NCBI GenBank assembly: GCA_048499675.1
Contig: JASNZL010000004.1
Coordinates: 28,463 to 92,462 of the forward strand
Direction: 5' to 3'
Length of the DNA stretch: 64,000 bases
Source: Candidatus Zambryskiibacteriota bacterium
GTDB lineage: Bacteria; Patescibacteriota; Minisyncoccia; Phycocordibacterales; WO2-35-19
Part shown: positions 1-9,772 of the stretch, piece by piece
Layout: each line of letters begins with the position of its first letter
How positions within the stretch are numbered: the first letter of the stretch is position 1
The notes under the pieces: generated by a model
What the model was told of the DNA's origin: nothing
Seen by the model: the letters and a program-made list of their open reading frames with translations, nothing else
Database searches by the model: none
Translations under genes and position numbers: made by a program

Positions 1-1317
1 AACTTTAGCCATGGTGATTTTGAGGAGCACGGAAATAGAGTTATAAATCTAAAAAAAGCTGTAGAAAAAACAGGCAAAACAGCAGGAATTTTACAAGATT
101 TAGCGGGGCCAAAAATAAGAATAGGTAATTTTAAAGAAGAAAAAATTGTTCTCAAGGAAGGAAATACTTTTACTTTAACCATTGATGATATAGAAGGTGA
201 TGAAGAAAGAGTCCATATAAATTATAAACATCTACCCGAGGAAGTTAAGGAAGGGCATATCATATATCTCCACGATGGCAAGAAAAAACTTCAAGTTTTG
301 GAGGTAAATGGTAATGATGTGGTTTGTAAAATATTGGTGGGAGGTGAGATAAAAGGAAGAAGAGGGGTGAATCTTCCCGACTCTGATATTTCTATAAGTT
401 GCCTCACAGAAAAAGATAAAAAAGATCTTGAATTTGGGATCAAAAATGATGTCGATTTTATAGCATTCTCTTTTGTAAGAAAACCAGAGGATATTCTTGA
501 GCTCCGAGACATCTTAAACAACGCAAAATCAAATGCAAAAATAATTGCAAAAATAGAAACACCTCAGGCAGTAAAAAATATTGACGAAATTATAGAAAAG
601 GCAGATGGAATAATGGTTGCAAGAGGAGATTTGGCAATAGAAATACCAGCCGAAAAAGTTCCTTTTGTTCAGAAAGAGATTATAAGAAAGTGTAATAACG
701 CAGGCAAACCAGTTATCACAGCAACCCAAATGCTTGAATCTATGATTCACAGCCACGTTCCTACTCGAGCAGAAGTTTCGGATGTTGCTAATGCAATCTT
801 GGATGGAACAGATGCTATAATGCTTTCTGAAGAAACCACTCTTGGCGGTTATCCAGTAGAATCTGTAGAAGTTATGGCACGCGTTGCAAGTGAAATTGAA
901 GGAAGTTATCCAGAAAGACAAATAGTTCACGCGCCCAAAAATGGCAAGACAGAAGTGACAGACTCAATAACTGGTTCTGTGGTCAAAACTGCCCATGACG
1001 TAGGCGCCAAGGCCATTGTAGCGCTAACGCACACAGGTTTTACAGCTAGGATGGTATCTAGACACAAACCACTTGTTCCTATTTTCGCACTTTCTTCAAA
1101 TCAAAAAACTATAAATCAAATAAATCTGTCATATGGATGTATTCCAATTAATATTGAAGATTGGAAAACAGTAGCTGAGGCTTTTCAAGTTGTAAGAGAA
1201 ATATGTTTAGAAAACAAAATTGCCGAGAAAGGGGATAGAGTAGTTATTTCCGCTGGAGCACCGACAATGGAGCCTCAATCAAAAGAAACGAATATGATAC
1301 TGGTGGAGACGATATAA
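1..1317 (+). CDS. pyk: Pyruvate kinase (5' end outside window)
   Basis: Frame 1 is open from base 1 (NFSHG...DLAGPKIR) and contains MVARGDL, ATQMLESM, PTRAEVSDVANA and DGTDAIMLS motifs. Confidence 0.97.
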   Translation, partial: NFSHGDFEEHGNRVINLKKAVEKTGKTAGILQDLAGPKIRIGNFKEEKIVLKEGNTFTLTIDDIEGDEERVHINYKHLPEEVKEGHIIYLHDGKKKLQVLEVNGNDVVCKILVGGEIKGRRGVNLPDSDISISCLTEKDKKDLEFGIKNDVDFIAFSFVRKPEDILELRDILNNAKSNAKIIAKIETPQAVKNIDEIIEKADGIMVARGDLAIEIPAEKVPFVQKEIIRKCNNAGKPVITATQMLESMIHSHVPTRAEVSDVANAILDGTDAIMLSEETTLGGYPVESVEVMARVASEIEGSYPERQIVHAPKNGKTEVTDSITGSVVKTAHDVGAKAIVALTHTGFTARMVSRHKPLVPIFALSSNQKTINQINLSYGCIPINIEDWKTVAEAFQVVREICLENKIAEKGDRVVISAGAPTMEPQSKETNMILVETI

Positions 1318-1319
1318 AA

Positions 1320-1728
1320 ACGACACGAATTAGGAAACGAGTTACGAAGTACGAGGTACGACAAAAACTTAAATACGAAATTCTAAATCCAAAATCCGAA
1401 ACAAACCATAAATTCAAAATACAAATGTTCAAAACCCTGAAAAATAAAACTATGAAGTAATTTTATTAAGGTTTGAAAGTTTATAAAGTGTAAAAACACA
1501 AAATACAGAAACCAAATTACAAATAAACCACAATAAATAAATTTCAAATAAAAAAATTTAAGTTTTGATATCTTATTTGTTTTATTTATTCCTTATTTGA
1601 ATTTGGTACTTGGGATTTGGAATTTGTTTAGAATAATTAGGCACGCCCTGTAATTTATTATACTACTGGGATCAATTAGAAATTAGAAATTTACTATAAC
1701 CTCTCACCCCCAACCTCTAAGCTTTTTT
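1320..1728. repeat. Mosaic of degenerate heptamer repeat arms (ACGAGTT/ACGAAGT, AAATCC/AAATTCT, AAAGTTT, CAAAT/ATTTG hairpin, AATTAGA, CCTCTAAG families)
   Basis: Exact matches elsewhere: 1333-1355 = 55859-55881; 1408-1434 = 54544-54570; 1470-1489 = 48327-48346. 1610-1641 matches 48569-48600 at 29/32. Local inverted pair at ~1510-1550/1574-1607. Confidence 0.9.
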
Positions 1729-2730
1729 CTAAGGGACTTTGTTAACTACTTCTCCTTTTGAGAAAGAGGAGATATTTTCTGCTGTAGTGTCGAGAATTCT
1801 TTTTACTGCTTCATCTGTATCAAATGCGATATGAGGTGTAATTATAACTTTGGGATGATCTATTAGATAATGATTTGAAAGGGTGATTTTTAGAGCTTCT
1901 AATTCTGGGTGAGGTTGTGTAAGAAGTTTTAATTCATCTGCCTGGTAACCCTCTTCTTCAAGCACATCAAGTCCAGCTCCAGAAAGAATTCCTTCTTCAA
2001 GAGCTTTTACTAGAGCGCTTGTTTTTACTAACCCACCACGGGCTGTATTTATAAGAACGGCACCCTTTTTAATATGATAAATGCTTTCCTCGTTTATCAT
2101 ATGGCGTGTGCTGTCATTTAGAAGTGCATGAATTGTGATAATATCAGAATTACCTAAGAGTTCTTCAAATCCTACATACCGAAATCCGAGCTCTTCGGCA
2201 AGTCCATCTTTGGGAAATGGGTCATAAGCAATCACATTCATACCAAAACCTTTTGCCATTCTTATTGAATTTGTGCCAATCTTGCCCGTGCCAATCACTC
2301 CGATTGTTTTTCCTTTCAAGTCAAAACCTCTGAAATTAGTCTGTGAGAATGAACCAGTCTCTGTCACTTGCTCATGCGCCTCTGGAATCTTCCTAGCAAG
2401 AGCGAGAAGTAGAGCAAAAGCAAATTCTGCTACAGTGTTATCGCCATAAGCGGGGACATAGACAACTTCTATATTTCTCTGCCTTGCTTCCGCAACATCA
2501 ACATGATCAAAGCCAGTTGAACGAGTAGCAATCAGTTTCAAATTTGGCATATTATCCAAATCCTCTTTTTTTATTGGGTGACTTACGAAAACCGATATAA
2601 CCTCAATTTCTTTTAGTATTTCTTCTGGAGTATTTTCTATACTATCTCTAAACTCTAAATTATCACTTCCAAGCTTTTCGCTTATATAAGCCTTCTCCCA
2701 CTCCTCAGTAAATAAATATAATGTTTTCAT
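1729..2730 (-). CDS. D-isomer-specific 2-hydroxyacid dehydrogenase (D-lactate dehydrogenase-like)
   Basis: TRSTGFDHVD, GVIGTGKIG Rossmann, INTARG, GLDVLEEE and ITPHIAF motifs. Confidence 0.92.
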   Translation of the reverse strand: MKTLYLFTEEWEKAYISEKLGSDNLEFRDSIENTPEEILKEIEVISVFVSHPIKKEDLDNMPNLKLIATRSTGFDHVDVAEARQRNIEVVYVPAYGDNTVAEFAFALLLALARKIPEAHEQVTETGSFSQTNFRGFDLKGKTIGVIGTGKIGTNSIRMAKGFGMNVIAYDPFPKDGLAEELGFRYVGFEELLGNSDIITIHALLNDSTRHMINEESIYHIKKGAVLINTARGGLVKTSALVKALEEGILSGAGLDVLEEEGYQADELKLLTQPHPELEALKITLSNHYLIDHPKVIITPHIAFDTDEAVKRILDTTAENISSFSKGEVVNKVP

Positions 2731-2785
2731 GCCTTAAGTATAAGTAGCTGGAACATATAGTGCAAGTTAATTATAAACATATTAC

Positions 2786-2803
2786 GTCTCGATGCATCGA
2801 GAC
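2786..2803. promoter_or_regulatory. Perfect 18-bp palindrome GTCTCGATGCATCGAGAC, putative operator over the -35 region of the TGnTATAAT promoter (2808-2816)
   Basis: Seen directly; a second copy (16/18) lies at 3268-3285. Confidence 0.65.
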
Positions 2804-2822
2804 ATTTTGATATAATATATAG

Positions 2823-3257
2823 ATGTCCCATATTTCGAAAAGGAAAATAAAAAAGAAAGATTTTGACAATATTTATAATAAGCTTATAGAAATACTTCTT
2901 AAAAATAAGTCAAAAGACGATTTTAGAAAATTTCTAAAAGAATTCTTTTATACAACCGAGAAAATAATGCTAACCAAAAGATTAGCAATAATTTTTATGA
3001 TTATTGAAAAGATTCCTGATAGAAAAATAGAAAAATTGCTTTTAGTAAGTAGGTCTACAATAAATAGAATAAGAAAAAAATGTGAAGGAAGGGAATATGA
3101 TTACATTCATTCTTTAATACTTAGAAATAGAAAAAGTATGTGGGATATTTTAGGTGTTTTACTTTTTGCTACATTTAATCCACCGGCTAGGGTAGGAATG
3201 GCGAGATATAGATGGTTTGAAGATGCTGAAAAAAAATATGCTTCATTCAAAAAATAG
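2823..3257 (+). CDS. TrpR/YerC-YecD-like helix-turn-helix protein
   Basis: FLKEFFYTTEKIMLTKRLAI...IEKLLLVSRSTINR resembles the Trp-repressor family core and HTH. Confidence 0.75.
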   Translation: MSHISKRKIKKKDFDNIYNKLIEILLKNKSKDDFRKFLKEFFYTTEKIMLTKRLAIIFMIIEKIPDRKIEKLLLVSRSTINRIRKKCEGREYDYIHSLILRNRKSMWDILGVLLFATFNPPARVGMARYRWFEDAEKKYASFKK

Positions 3258-3312
3258 TTAACGATTTGTCTCTATACATCGAGACAATTTGGGTATATGA
3301 ATAATAGTTTAG

Positions 3313-3348
3313 ATATAAAGACACCAAATTATCTTGGTGTCTTTATAT
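3313..3348. terminator. Bidirectional intrinsic terminator
   Basis: ATATAAAGACACCAA / TTGGTGTCTTTATAT 15-bp stem between convergent genes. Confidence 0.75.
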
Positions 3349-3360
3349 ATATCATTGTAC

Positions 3361-5763
3361 CTATCGCGCTTCCTCCTCTGCAATTGCAGTAAGCATAGGG
3401 ATTACAGAATCAGGGTTTAGGGAGATTGCTTCGATGTTATTTTGAATTAGGAATCTTGTGAAATCAGGATAATCACTTGGAGCTTGTCCGCAGAAACCAA
3501 TGTATTTGCCTCTTTCTCTACATTTTTGAATTGCCATAGCGACGAGAGTTTTGACGGCTGGATCATTTTCATTTGAAATCGGAGCAACTATCGCAGAGTC
3601 TCTATCAAGTCCGAGAGTAAGTTGAGCTAGGTCATTGCTACCAATTGAGAATCCATCAAAAATGTCTAAGAATTCGTCTGCTCTCAAAACATTGGTTGGA
3701 ATCTCACACATCACGTAAACTTTAAGGCCGTCTTCACCGCGTCTCAAACCTTCTTCAGCCATAATTTCCAAAACTCTTCTGCCTTCGTCCGGTGTCCTGC
3801 AAAATGGAACCATTGGTACAATGTTTTTGATACCAAATTCATCTCTTATTTTTTTGATTGCTTGACACTCCAATCTAAAAGCATCTACGAAATTTGGGTG
3901 AGCGTATCTAGAAGCCCCTCGCCAACCAATCATAGGATTTTCTTCGTCTGGTTCATAATCTTTACCACCAAGAAGGGTAGCGTATTCGTTTGTTTTGAAG
4001 TCACTAAACCTTACAATCACATCACTTGGCCAAAATGCAGAACCAATTTGAGCGATACCTTCTGCCAGTTTATCTACATAAAAGGCGACTTTGTCTTCAT
4101 ACCCCAGAGTTGCTTGTTCAATCTTTTTTTTCAATGTCTCACTCTTTAAGTTATTGAAATCAAGTAATGCTTTTGGATGAACTTTGATGGTAGAGGCAAT
4201 GATAAATTCTTCACGAGCAAGACCGACGCCCTTGTTTGGAATAAAAGAATACATGAAAGCGCTTTCTGGTGAACCAACATTTAGACAAACTTTGGTCCTT
4301 GTCTCAGGTATAGAAGTGATGTCGTGAACGGTCTCTTTCCATTCTAGTTTTCCTTCATAAATCTTACCCGTCGTTCCACTTGATGTGTCTATGGTCAAAA
4401 CATCGCCAGTTTTTATTTTTGATAGAGCATTTCCAGTGCCAATCACAGCAGGAATACCAAGCTCTCGTGAGACAATTGCGGCATGACTCGTCCTACCGCC
4501 TTTTTCTGTAATAATCGCACTAGCAATTTTCATAATTGGTTCCCAGTCAGGATCTGTAATCTCAGTAACCAAAATTTCACCCTTCTCAAATTCGTGGAGT
4601 TTTTTTACATCCGTAATAACACGCGCTTTGCCACTTGCAATCTTTGTACCAACAGCGATACCTGTATCAACAAGTTTACCTTCTGAAACGAGTGCATACT
4701 CTGTGATAGTGAGACGATTCTTTTCTGATTGAACAGTTTCTGGTCTGGCTTGAACAATAAAAAGTTCACCCGTAATACCATCTTTGGCCCATTCAATATC
4801 CATTGGCATATGCTTGCCGGCGTTTTCACTATAATGAGCTTCAATATCCATACCCCAGCGAGCCAAAGTAAGAATTTCATCATTAGTAAGCACATAAACT
4901 TCTCTGTCTTTTTTTAGAACCGGCACTTCTTTTACCGGATTTGTCTTTGTCCCGCTGTAAATCATTTTTGTTTCTTTGCTTCCAATGTCTTTTTTTATGA
5001 TAGGGGAGAAACCATCTTTGAAAGTTTTTTTGAAAACCAAATATGAATCTGGAGTAACCTTACCTTGGACCACCATCTCTCCCAACCCCCACGACGCATC
5101 AATTTCAACCACATCCTTAAAACCACTCTCGGTATCAAGAGTAAACATAACACCAGAAGAACCTTCGTCACTTCTTACCATTTTTTGGACACCTACCGAA
5201 AGAGCCACATCAAAGTGATTGAACCCTTTGTCTACTCTATAAGAAATAGCTCTGTCATTCCAAAGGGAGGCCATCGCTTCTTTGGTAGCTTTCAAAACAT
5301 TTTTGCCACCCACAACATTAAGATATGTTTCGTGCTCTCCTGCAAAACTTGCTCCGGGCAAATCTTCGGCCGTAGCACTACTTCTAACTGCTGTATCAGC
5401 TTCTTTCATGTTATAAGCATTTGATAAGTCGATATAAGCTTTTAGAATTTCTTCTTCTAAATCTTTTGGTAAATCAGAATCTATTATTTTTTCTCTGATT
5501 GCTTTACCAACTTTTTGAAGTTGCTTCACATCATGAGTGTCTAAACCTTCCAAATTCTTTTCTATAAAAGAAGTGAGGCCTTCCTTCTCAATAAAATATC
5601 TATAGGCATATGCCGTGACAGCAAAACCGTTTGGTACCCTAATACCTTTTGGTACAAGAGTTGTATACATTTCGCCGAGAGAGGCATTTTTGCCACCAAC
5701 AAGGGAGACATCCTCTATGTGAAGTTGATCAAACCAGAGTATAAATTTCTTTTCTTTATCCAT
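3361..5763 (-). CDS. ppsA: Phosphoenolpyruvate synthase
   Basis: VGGKNASLGEM, AVRSSATAED, QARPET, GGRTSHAAIVSRE, EENPMIGWRG and SIGSNDL; full three-domain PpsA. Confidence 0.97.
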   Translation of the reverse strand: MDKEKKFILWFDQLHIEDVSLVGGKNASLGEMYTTLVPKGIRVPNGFAVTAYAYRYFIEKEGLTSFIEKNLEGLDTHDVKQLQKVGKAIREKIIDSDLPKDLEEEILKAYIDLSNAYNMKEADTAVRSSATAEDLPGASFAGEHETYLNVVGGKNVLKATKEAMASLWNDRAISYRVDKGFNHFDVALSVGVQKMVRSDEGSSGVMFTLDTESGFKDVVEIDASWGLGEMVVQGKVTPDSYLVFKKTFKDGFSPIIKKDIGSKETKMIYSGTKTNPVKEVPVLKKDREVYVLTNDEILTLARWGMDIEAHYSENAGKHMPMDIEWAKDGITGELFIVQARPETVQSEKNRLTITEYALVSEGKLVDTGIAVGTKIASGKARVITDVKKLHEFEKGEILVTEITDPDWEPIMKIASAIITEKGGRTSHAAIVSRELGIPAVIGTGNALSKIKTGDVLTIDTSSGTTGKIYEGKLEWKETVHDITSIPETRTKVCLNVGSPESAFMYSFIPNKGVGLAREEFIIASTIKVHPKALLDFNNLKSETLKKKIEQATLGYEDKVAFYVDKLAEGIAQIGSAFWPSDVIVRFSDFKTNEYATLLGGKDYEPDEENPMIGWRGASRYAHPNFVDAFRLECQAIKKIRDEFGIKNIVPMVPFCRTPDEGRRVLEIMAEEGLRRGEDGLKVYVMCEIPTNVLRADEFLDIFDGFSIGSNDLAQLTLGLDRDSAIVAPISNENDPAVKTLVAMAIQKCRERGKYIGFCGQAPSDYPDFTRFLIQNNIEAISLNPDSVIPMLTAIAEEEAR

Positions 5764-5951
5764 AATAATTAAAAGTTATAAAATTAAATTTAAAAATACA
5801 AAAATTGCATACTTAAATTTAACTACCACTAATTTATTATATATTTTACACTTTTTATAAATAGAAATGTAAAAAAAGTGTGGGTAAGTAAAATATTTTT
5901 ACAAGAATAATTTGAGAGTAAAAAATTTACTTATAAAAAAGGTTGGAATAT

Positions 5952-7232
5952 TTAATCTCGCAGTAAAATAAACAAATCAGAAACGTTTACACCAAGTCGT
6001 CCAGTAATAATTTGTCCACCAACTTTTTTATAGAAATTATAACTATCATTTTTTTCCAAAAATTCTTGTAGATTTAGGTTTAATTCAAATGATTTATTCA
6101 AAATGTCTTTGTCAGCAATTGCACCAGCATATTCAGTATTATCCCAACCATCAGAAGCCGAAGAAATCAGAACATGTCCTTCTTTGATAAAAGGTAGGGC
6201 AGAGAGCGCCACTTCCTGATTCCTGCCTCCAAAACCTCCACCTTTTATTATTACTGTAGTTTCACCACCAAAAAGAAGACAGGTTTTGTGTTCTAATTCT
6301 TTCTTTGCAAGTTCTATTCCAACTTCTGTCGCATTCCCAGAAAGGGTTCTTGATTCTATGTCTGTGTTATAACCCAAACCTAATGCTTTTTCTTTCATTG
6401 CCAAAAGAGCATCTTCGTTAGTTGCCACTAAAATATTTCTGACTTTTTCGAAGTATTTTTCTTCTTTTGGTGTTTCCATCAAACTACAATCAGGTGGGAT
6501 ACAGAGACCCAAGATTCCATATTTTGATAATATATTTGATGCATCTTCTACTGTAGTTCTGTCAAGCACGGTTGGACCAGAGGCCACAACTCCAATATCA
6601 TCTCCCAAAACATCCGAAAAGATTAGGGACACAACTTCTGCCGGATAGCACATTTTTGCAAGTTGTCCCCCTTGTATCCCAGAAAGATGTTTTCTCACAG
6701 TGTTTAGTTCAAAAATATCTGCTCCATTTTTTGTTAGAGTTCTTGTAACTTCAATCAATGTTTGATAATTTATGCCGTGCGGGAGACAGAGAAGAGATGA
6801 TCCTCCACCAGATATCAAAACCAAAACCAAATCTTTTTCAGTTACACCCTTAATCATTTCTACAATCTTTTTGGTAACGGAAACATTGGTCTCTGAAGGA
6901 TATGGATGTGTACCCTCAAATGATTTTATTTTTTTAAGTTCACCATATTTAACATCAAGAACTATACCATCGGTCAAACTATCTCCAAGCATTTCTTCAA
7001 TTATTTTTGCACCATCAAATGCACACTTTCCTATACCAATAAAAAAAATTCTTTCATATAAAGAGCATTTATAATTTTTGTCATTTATACAAAGAGTTCC
7101 ATCTTTGAATGAAATTTTTTTTCTAAGTATCTTTTCAGTATTAATAGCACTAAATCCAGCCTCTAATATGTCTAGAGCATCTCCTCTAAGTTTGTTAGTT
7201 TTTAAATCCTCTTTGTTTAATATTATTGACAT
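5952..7232 (-). CDS. Glycerate 2-kinase (GckA/TtuD, MOFRL family)
   Basis: GIGKCA, LISGGGSSL, VRKHLSGIQGGQL, ASGPT, GGETTV and GGRNQE motifs. Confidence 0.92.
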   Translation of the reverse strand: MSIILNKEDLKTNKLRGDALDILEAGFSAINTEKILRKKISFKDGTLCINDKNYKCSLYERIFFIGIGKCAFDGAKIIEEMLGDSLTDGIVLDVKYGELKKIKSFEGTHPYPSETNVSVTKKIVEMIKGVTEKDLVLVLISGGGSSLLCLPHGINYQTLIEVTRTLTKNGADIFELNTVRKHLSGIQGGQLAKMCYPAEVVSLIFSDVLGDDIGVVASGPTVLDRTTVEDASNILSKYGILGLCIPPDCSLMETPKEEKYFEKVRNILVATNEDALLAMKEKALGLGYNTDIESRTLSGNATEVGIELAKKELEHKTCLLFGGETTVIIKGGGFGGRNQEVALSALPFIKEGHVLISSASDGWDNTEYAGAIADKDILNKSFELNLNLQEFLEKNDSYNFYKKVGGQIITGRLGVNVSDLFILLRD

Positions 7233-7244
7233 ATAACAATATTA

Positions 7245-7724
7245 TCACCTAGAGAAATTGTTTGGGGGAAGTTCCTGTTGATACATTTTTTTATTCATCA
7301 TACCCCTACCAAAACCTTTTTTGCTTAAAATTTGGGTTAGACCTATGTAATCAATAACAAAACCTGAGATTAAGATTGATGCTATAAATGCAAGTATTAT
7401 ATATTTAAAATCTAATTTATATGAAAAATTATATCTTTTTACCAAAAATAACCCCACAAAAACAAAAGCTAGGGATAGAATAAAGGCGGACCACGGAAAA
7501 TTATCAATTAATGTTTGAATTTTCATGAGTCTGCCGTATCCAACTGATCTGGTACTCATAAATACAAGGCTTGCAAGATATATCGAGGCGACAAGAGAAA
7601 AAATAATACCCAAAAAAGAAATTAAGGAACCTAGAATGAAGTATATTTTTGGCTTCATTTTAATTTTACCTTCTTTTATTTGACTCATTACGACGTCGTT
7701 TATATTTTTTTGTTCATCATGCAT
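7245..7724 (-). CDS. Membrane protein, probable anti-sigma partner of the ECF sigma factor
   Basis: Three hydrophobic segments; overlaps the 3' end of the ECF sigma gene. Confidence 0.6.
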   Translation of the reverse strand: MHDEQKNINDVVMSQIKEGKIKMKPKIYFILGSLISFLGIIFSLVASIYLASLVFMSTRSVGYGRLMKIQTLIDNFPWSAFILSLAFVFVGLFLVKRYNFSYKLDFKYIILAFIASILISGFVIDYIGLTQILSKKGFGRGMMNKKMYQQELPPNNFSR

Positions 7725-8248
7725 ATTTTTTTTAATATCTTTTTTGCTCTATTAATTCTTGTTGCGACCGTACCCATGGGTATTCTTAGAATATCACTTA
7801 TTTCCTCATAACTATTTTGTCCAATATAAAAAAGAAAAAGTGGTTCTCGATACAAAATCGAAATTTGGTCTAGGCAATTATTAATTTCCTCTAGTAATTC
7901 CTTCTTAAAATAATCTTCTTCAATGTCGAGGTCGCTTTCAATATCAAAATCTTCTGGAATATTGGATGTGTTTTTATTTTTTTTAATTAAATTTAAGGCT
8001 TCGTTGTGTACAATTCTATATATCCAGCTTGAAAATTTTCTTTTTATATCAAAACCATTTAGGTTGGTATAGGCTTTAATAAATGACTCCTGTACGATAT
8101 CTATTGATTGATTTTCATCGCGAACTATACTCTTTGCATAACGAATTAGTTTGTTTTGATATCTACTTATAATATAAGAATAGTAATCACTATTTAGAGT
8201 TCGAGTTTTTAGAACTATTTCTTCGTCAGTTAAATTACTTAATTCCAT
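7700..8248 (-). CDS. ECF-family RNA polymerase sigma-70 factor
   Basis: DIVQESFIKAY...FSSWIYRIVHN (region 2) and SYEEISDILRIPMGTVATRINRAK (region 4). Confidence 0.93.
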   Translation of the reverse strand: MELSNLTDEEIVLKTRTLNSDYYSYIISRYQNKLIRYAKSIVRDENQSIDIVQESFIKAYTNLNGFDIKRKFSSWIYRIVHNEALNLIKKNKNTSNIPEDFDIESDLDIEEDYFKKELLEEINNCLDQISILYREPLFLFYIGQNSYEEISDILRIPMGTVATRINRAKKILKKICMMNKKI

Positions 8249-8282
8249 ATTATAAATTTACAACAAGATTTATAAATACACC

Positions 8283-8305
8283 AAACCCCGTCATGATCGG
8301 GGTTT
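8283..8305. terminator. Intrinsic terminator hairpin
   Basis: AAACCCCG / CGGGGTTT stem. Confidence 0.6.
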
Positions 8306-8323
8306 TTGTGTATAATTTTATAA

Positions 8324-8689
8324 TTATTTATTTCTCCATCCCATACCTTTTTGACCCATTTTGGTACCAACATCTAGACCAAGTTCACTTCTTATTTGCT
8401 TAGCCTCTTCTAATCTTCCTTGTTTTGCCAAATTATGTGCTTCTGCAAATCTAGAAAAATTGTTTTCGTTTATAACTGACACAACTCTTCCACCATTTGT
8501 CATCAAGGCCTTCCAAGCATAGTAGTCATTATTTAGAAATGCTCTTGTCATTGCTTCATGTCTATCTGCACTATAATTCGGACCCAAAACGCTAGGGTCT
8601 CCTCTATAAGCAGATGCACCGTTTACAACAAGCAGAATAGCACCCAGAGTCAAACCACCTAAACCAAACATAAATTTTTTGTTTTTCAT
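8324..8689 (-). CDS. Secreted hypothetical protein
   Basis: N-terminal signal peptide (ASA cleavage site), helical body, Gly/Met-rich tail. Confidence 0.7.
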   Translation of the reverse strand: MKNKKFMFGLGGLTLGAILLVVNGASAYRGDPSVLGPNYSADRHEAMTRAFLNNDYYAWKALMTNGGRVVSVINENNFSRFAEAHNLAKQGRLEEAKQIRSELGLDVGTKMGQKGMGWRNK

Positions 8690-8770
8690 ATTTTATGATG
8701 TTATTAGTAATTCATATCGACCCTACACTTCTTATACAATCGAGGGGTATGATTTCTTTCATATCTAAAA

Positions 8771-8799
8771 ACGAAAAGCTCGCCCACAGAGGGCGAGCT
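8771..8799 (-). terminator. Intrinsic terminator of the L,D-transpeptidase gene
   Basis: AGCTCGCCC / GGGCGAGCT stem followed by T-rich run on the minus strand. Confidence 0.75.
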
Positions 8800-8813
8800 C
8801 GATCGTTAGTCAC

Positions 8814-9302
8814 TCATTCAAACAGAACAGTGGCTTGCCGATCTTTTATGACTTCTTTGAGTTGGAGGAAGTCTTCGTTTCGGAGTCTGATACAACCCCT
8901 TGTAACCCTTTCCCCAATTGAGGCAGGGTCATTTGTCCCATGTATCATTATAAGGGGATTGATTCTGCTCTCCCAATTGATGTGCATCTTCCCGATGCCG
9001 ATTGCGTTTAGCTTGTGACCAGGAGGAATTACACTTGGCAATTCTTCTCCTGTTCTCTTTAGGTAGGCCTCTCTGGTAGCTTTTGTGGGATACCAGTGAG
9101 CGTTAATCTCTACCTTTTTCACTGTGCCAACAGCCGGCAATTTGTGTTTGATTCTAGGTAAGGCCACAGGAAGATTGAGGATTGGGATTCCTTCCTCGAG
9201 GACTAAGAGAGTCGCATCCTCAAAATCTACCCTTATTGTGAGTTCTGATTCATTGGCTAAACAAATCAGGGAGAAAAACACAAAGAATAAGCAAGTCTTC
9301 AT
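8814..9302 (-). CDS. L,D-transpeptidase (YkuD family), secreted
   Basis: IHGTNDPASIG...RGCIRL catalytic motif; signal peptide; strong AGGAGGAGG SD. Confidence 0.85.
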   Translation of the reverse strand: MKTCLFFVFFSLICLANESELTIRVDFEDATLLVLEEGIPILNLPVALPRIKHKLPAVGTVKKVEINAHWYPTKATREAYLKRTGEELPSVIPPGHKLNAIGIGKMHINWESRINPLIMIHGTNDPASIGERVTRGCIRLRNEDFLQLKEVIKDRQATVLFE

Positions 9303-9434
9303 AACCTCCTCCTTCTATATTTCCTATATATATTATACACCCAAAATGACAAACGCTGTAAAATTTTTTGTGAGAATTTTGTTGAAATTTTGTATCACTG
9401 GTATAATTATATTTATTAAAATTAATTTACAAAT

Positions 9435-9710
9435 ATGGGATTTGGACTTGAAAGATTACTTAATTTTGGCTCGAATAAAGATAGTGCTGACCAAGACAAG
9501 GATAAAAAAAATGCTGGTGGTAATTTTATTTCTATACCCGAAAATCCCAGTGACGGACTAGGGGATGATGAATATGCAAAGGAAGACATAAACCAACAAA
9601 AGAAAGAGTTAGAAAAAGGTATACAAGAGGAAGAAAATAGTTCTAACCCAGATATGGGTAGATTAGAACACCTTAGAAAGAAGCTTGATATTTTAAATGA
9701 GACCCAATAA
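9435..9710 (+). CDS. Hypothetical acidic protein
   Basis: 91-aa ORF with upstream TGgTATAAT. Confidence 0.55.
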   Translation: MGFGLERLLNFGSNKDSADQDKDKKNAGGNFISIPENPSDGLGDDEYAKEDINQQKKELEKGIQEEENSSNPDMGRLEHLRKKLDILNETQ

Positions 9711-9772
9711 ATATGTTATAGATACTCAAAATAATTGACTTTTTTTGGGATTTTGATAATATATCCTTCTAT

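Noticed and set aside
1320-1728. CRISPR array interpretation of the repeats
   Set aside because: No constant 25-45-nt repeat with unique spacers and no cas genes; the units are degenerate 7-9-mers
3862-5424. Antisense ORFs within ppsA (and likewise within rpoB, rpoC, aspS, scpB, murG and others)
   Set aside because: Shadow ORFs opposite well-supported genes, with no motifs
8695-9561. Plus-strand ORFs 8695-9018 and 9124-9561
   Set aside because: They overlap the L,D-transpeptidase on the other strand, which has the motif, SD and terminator
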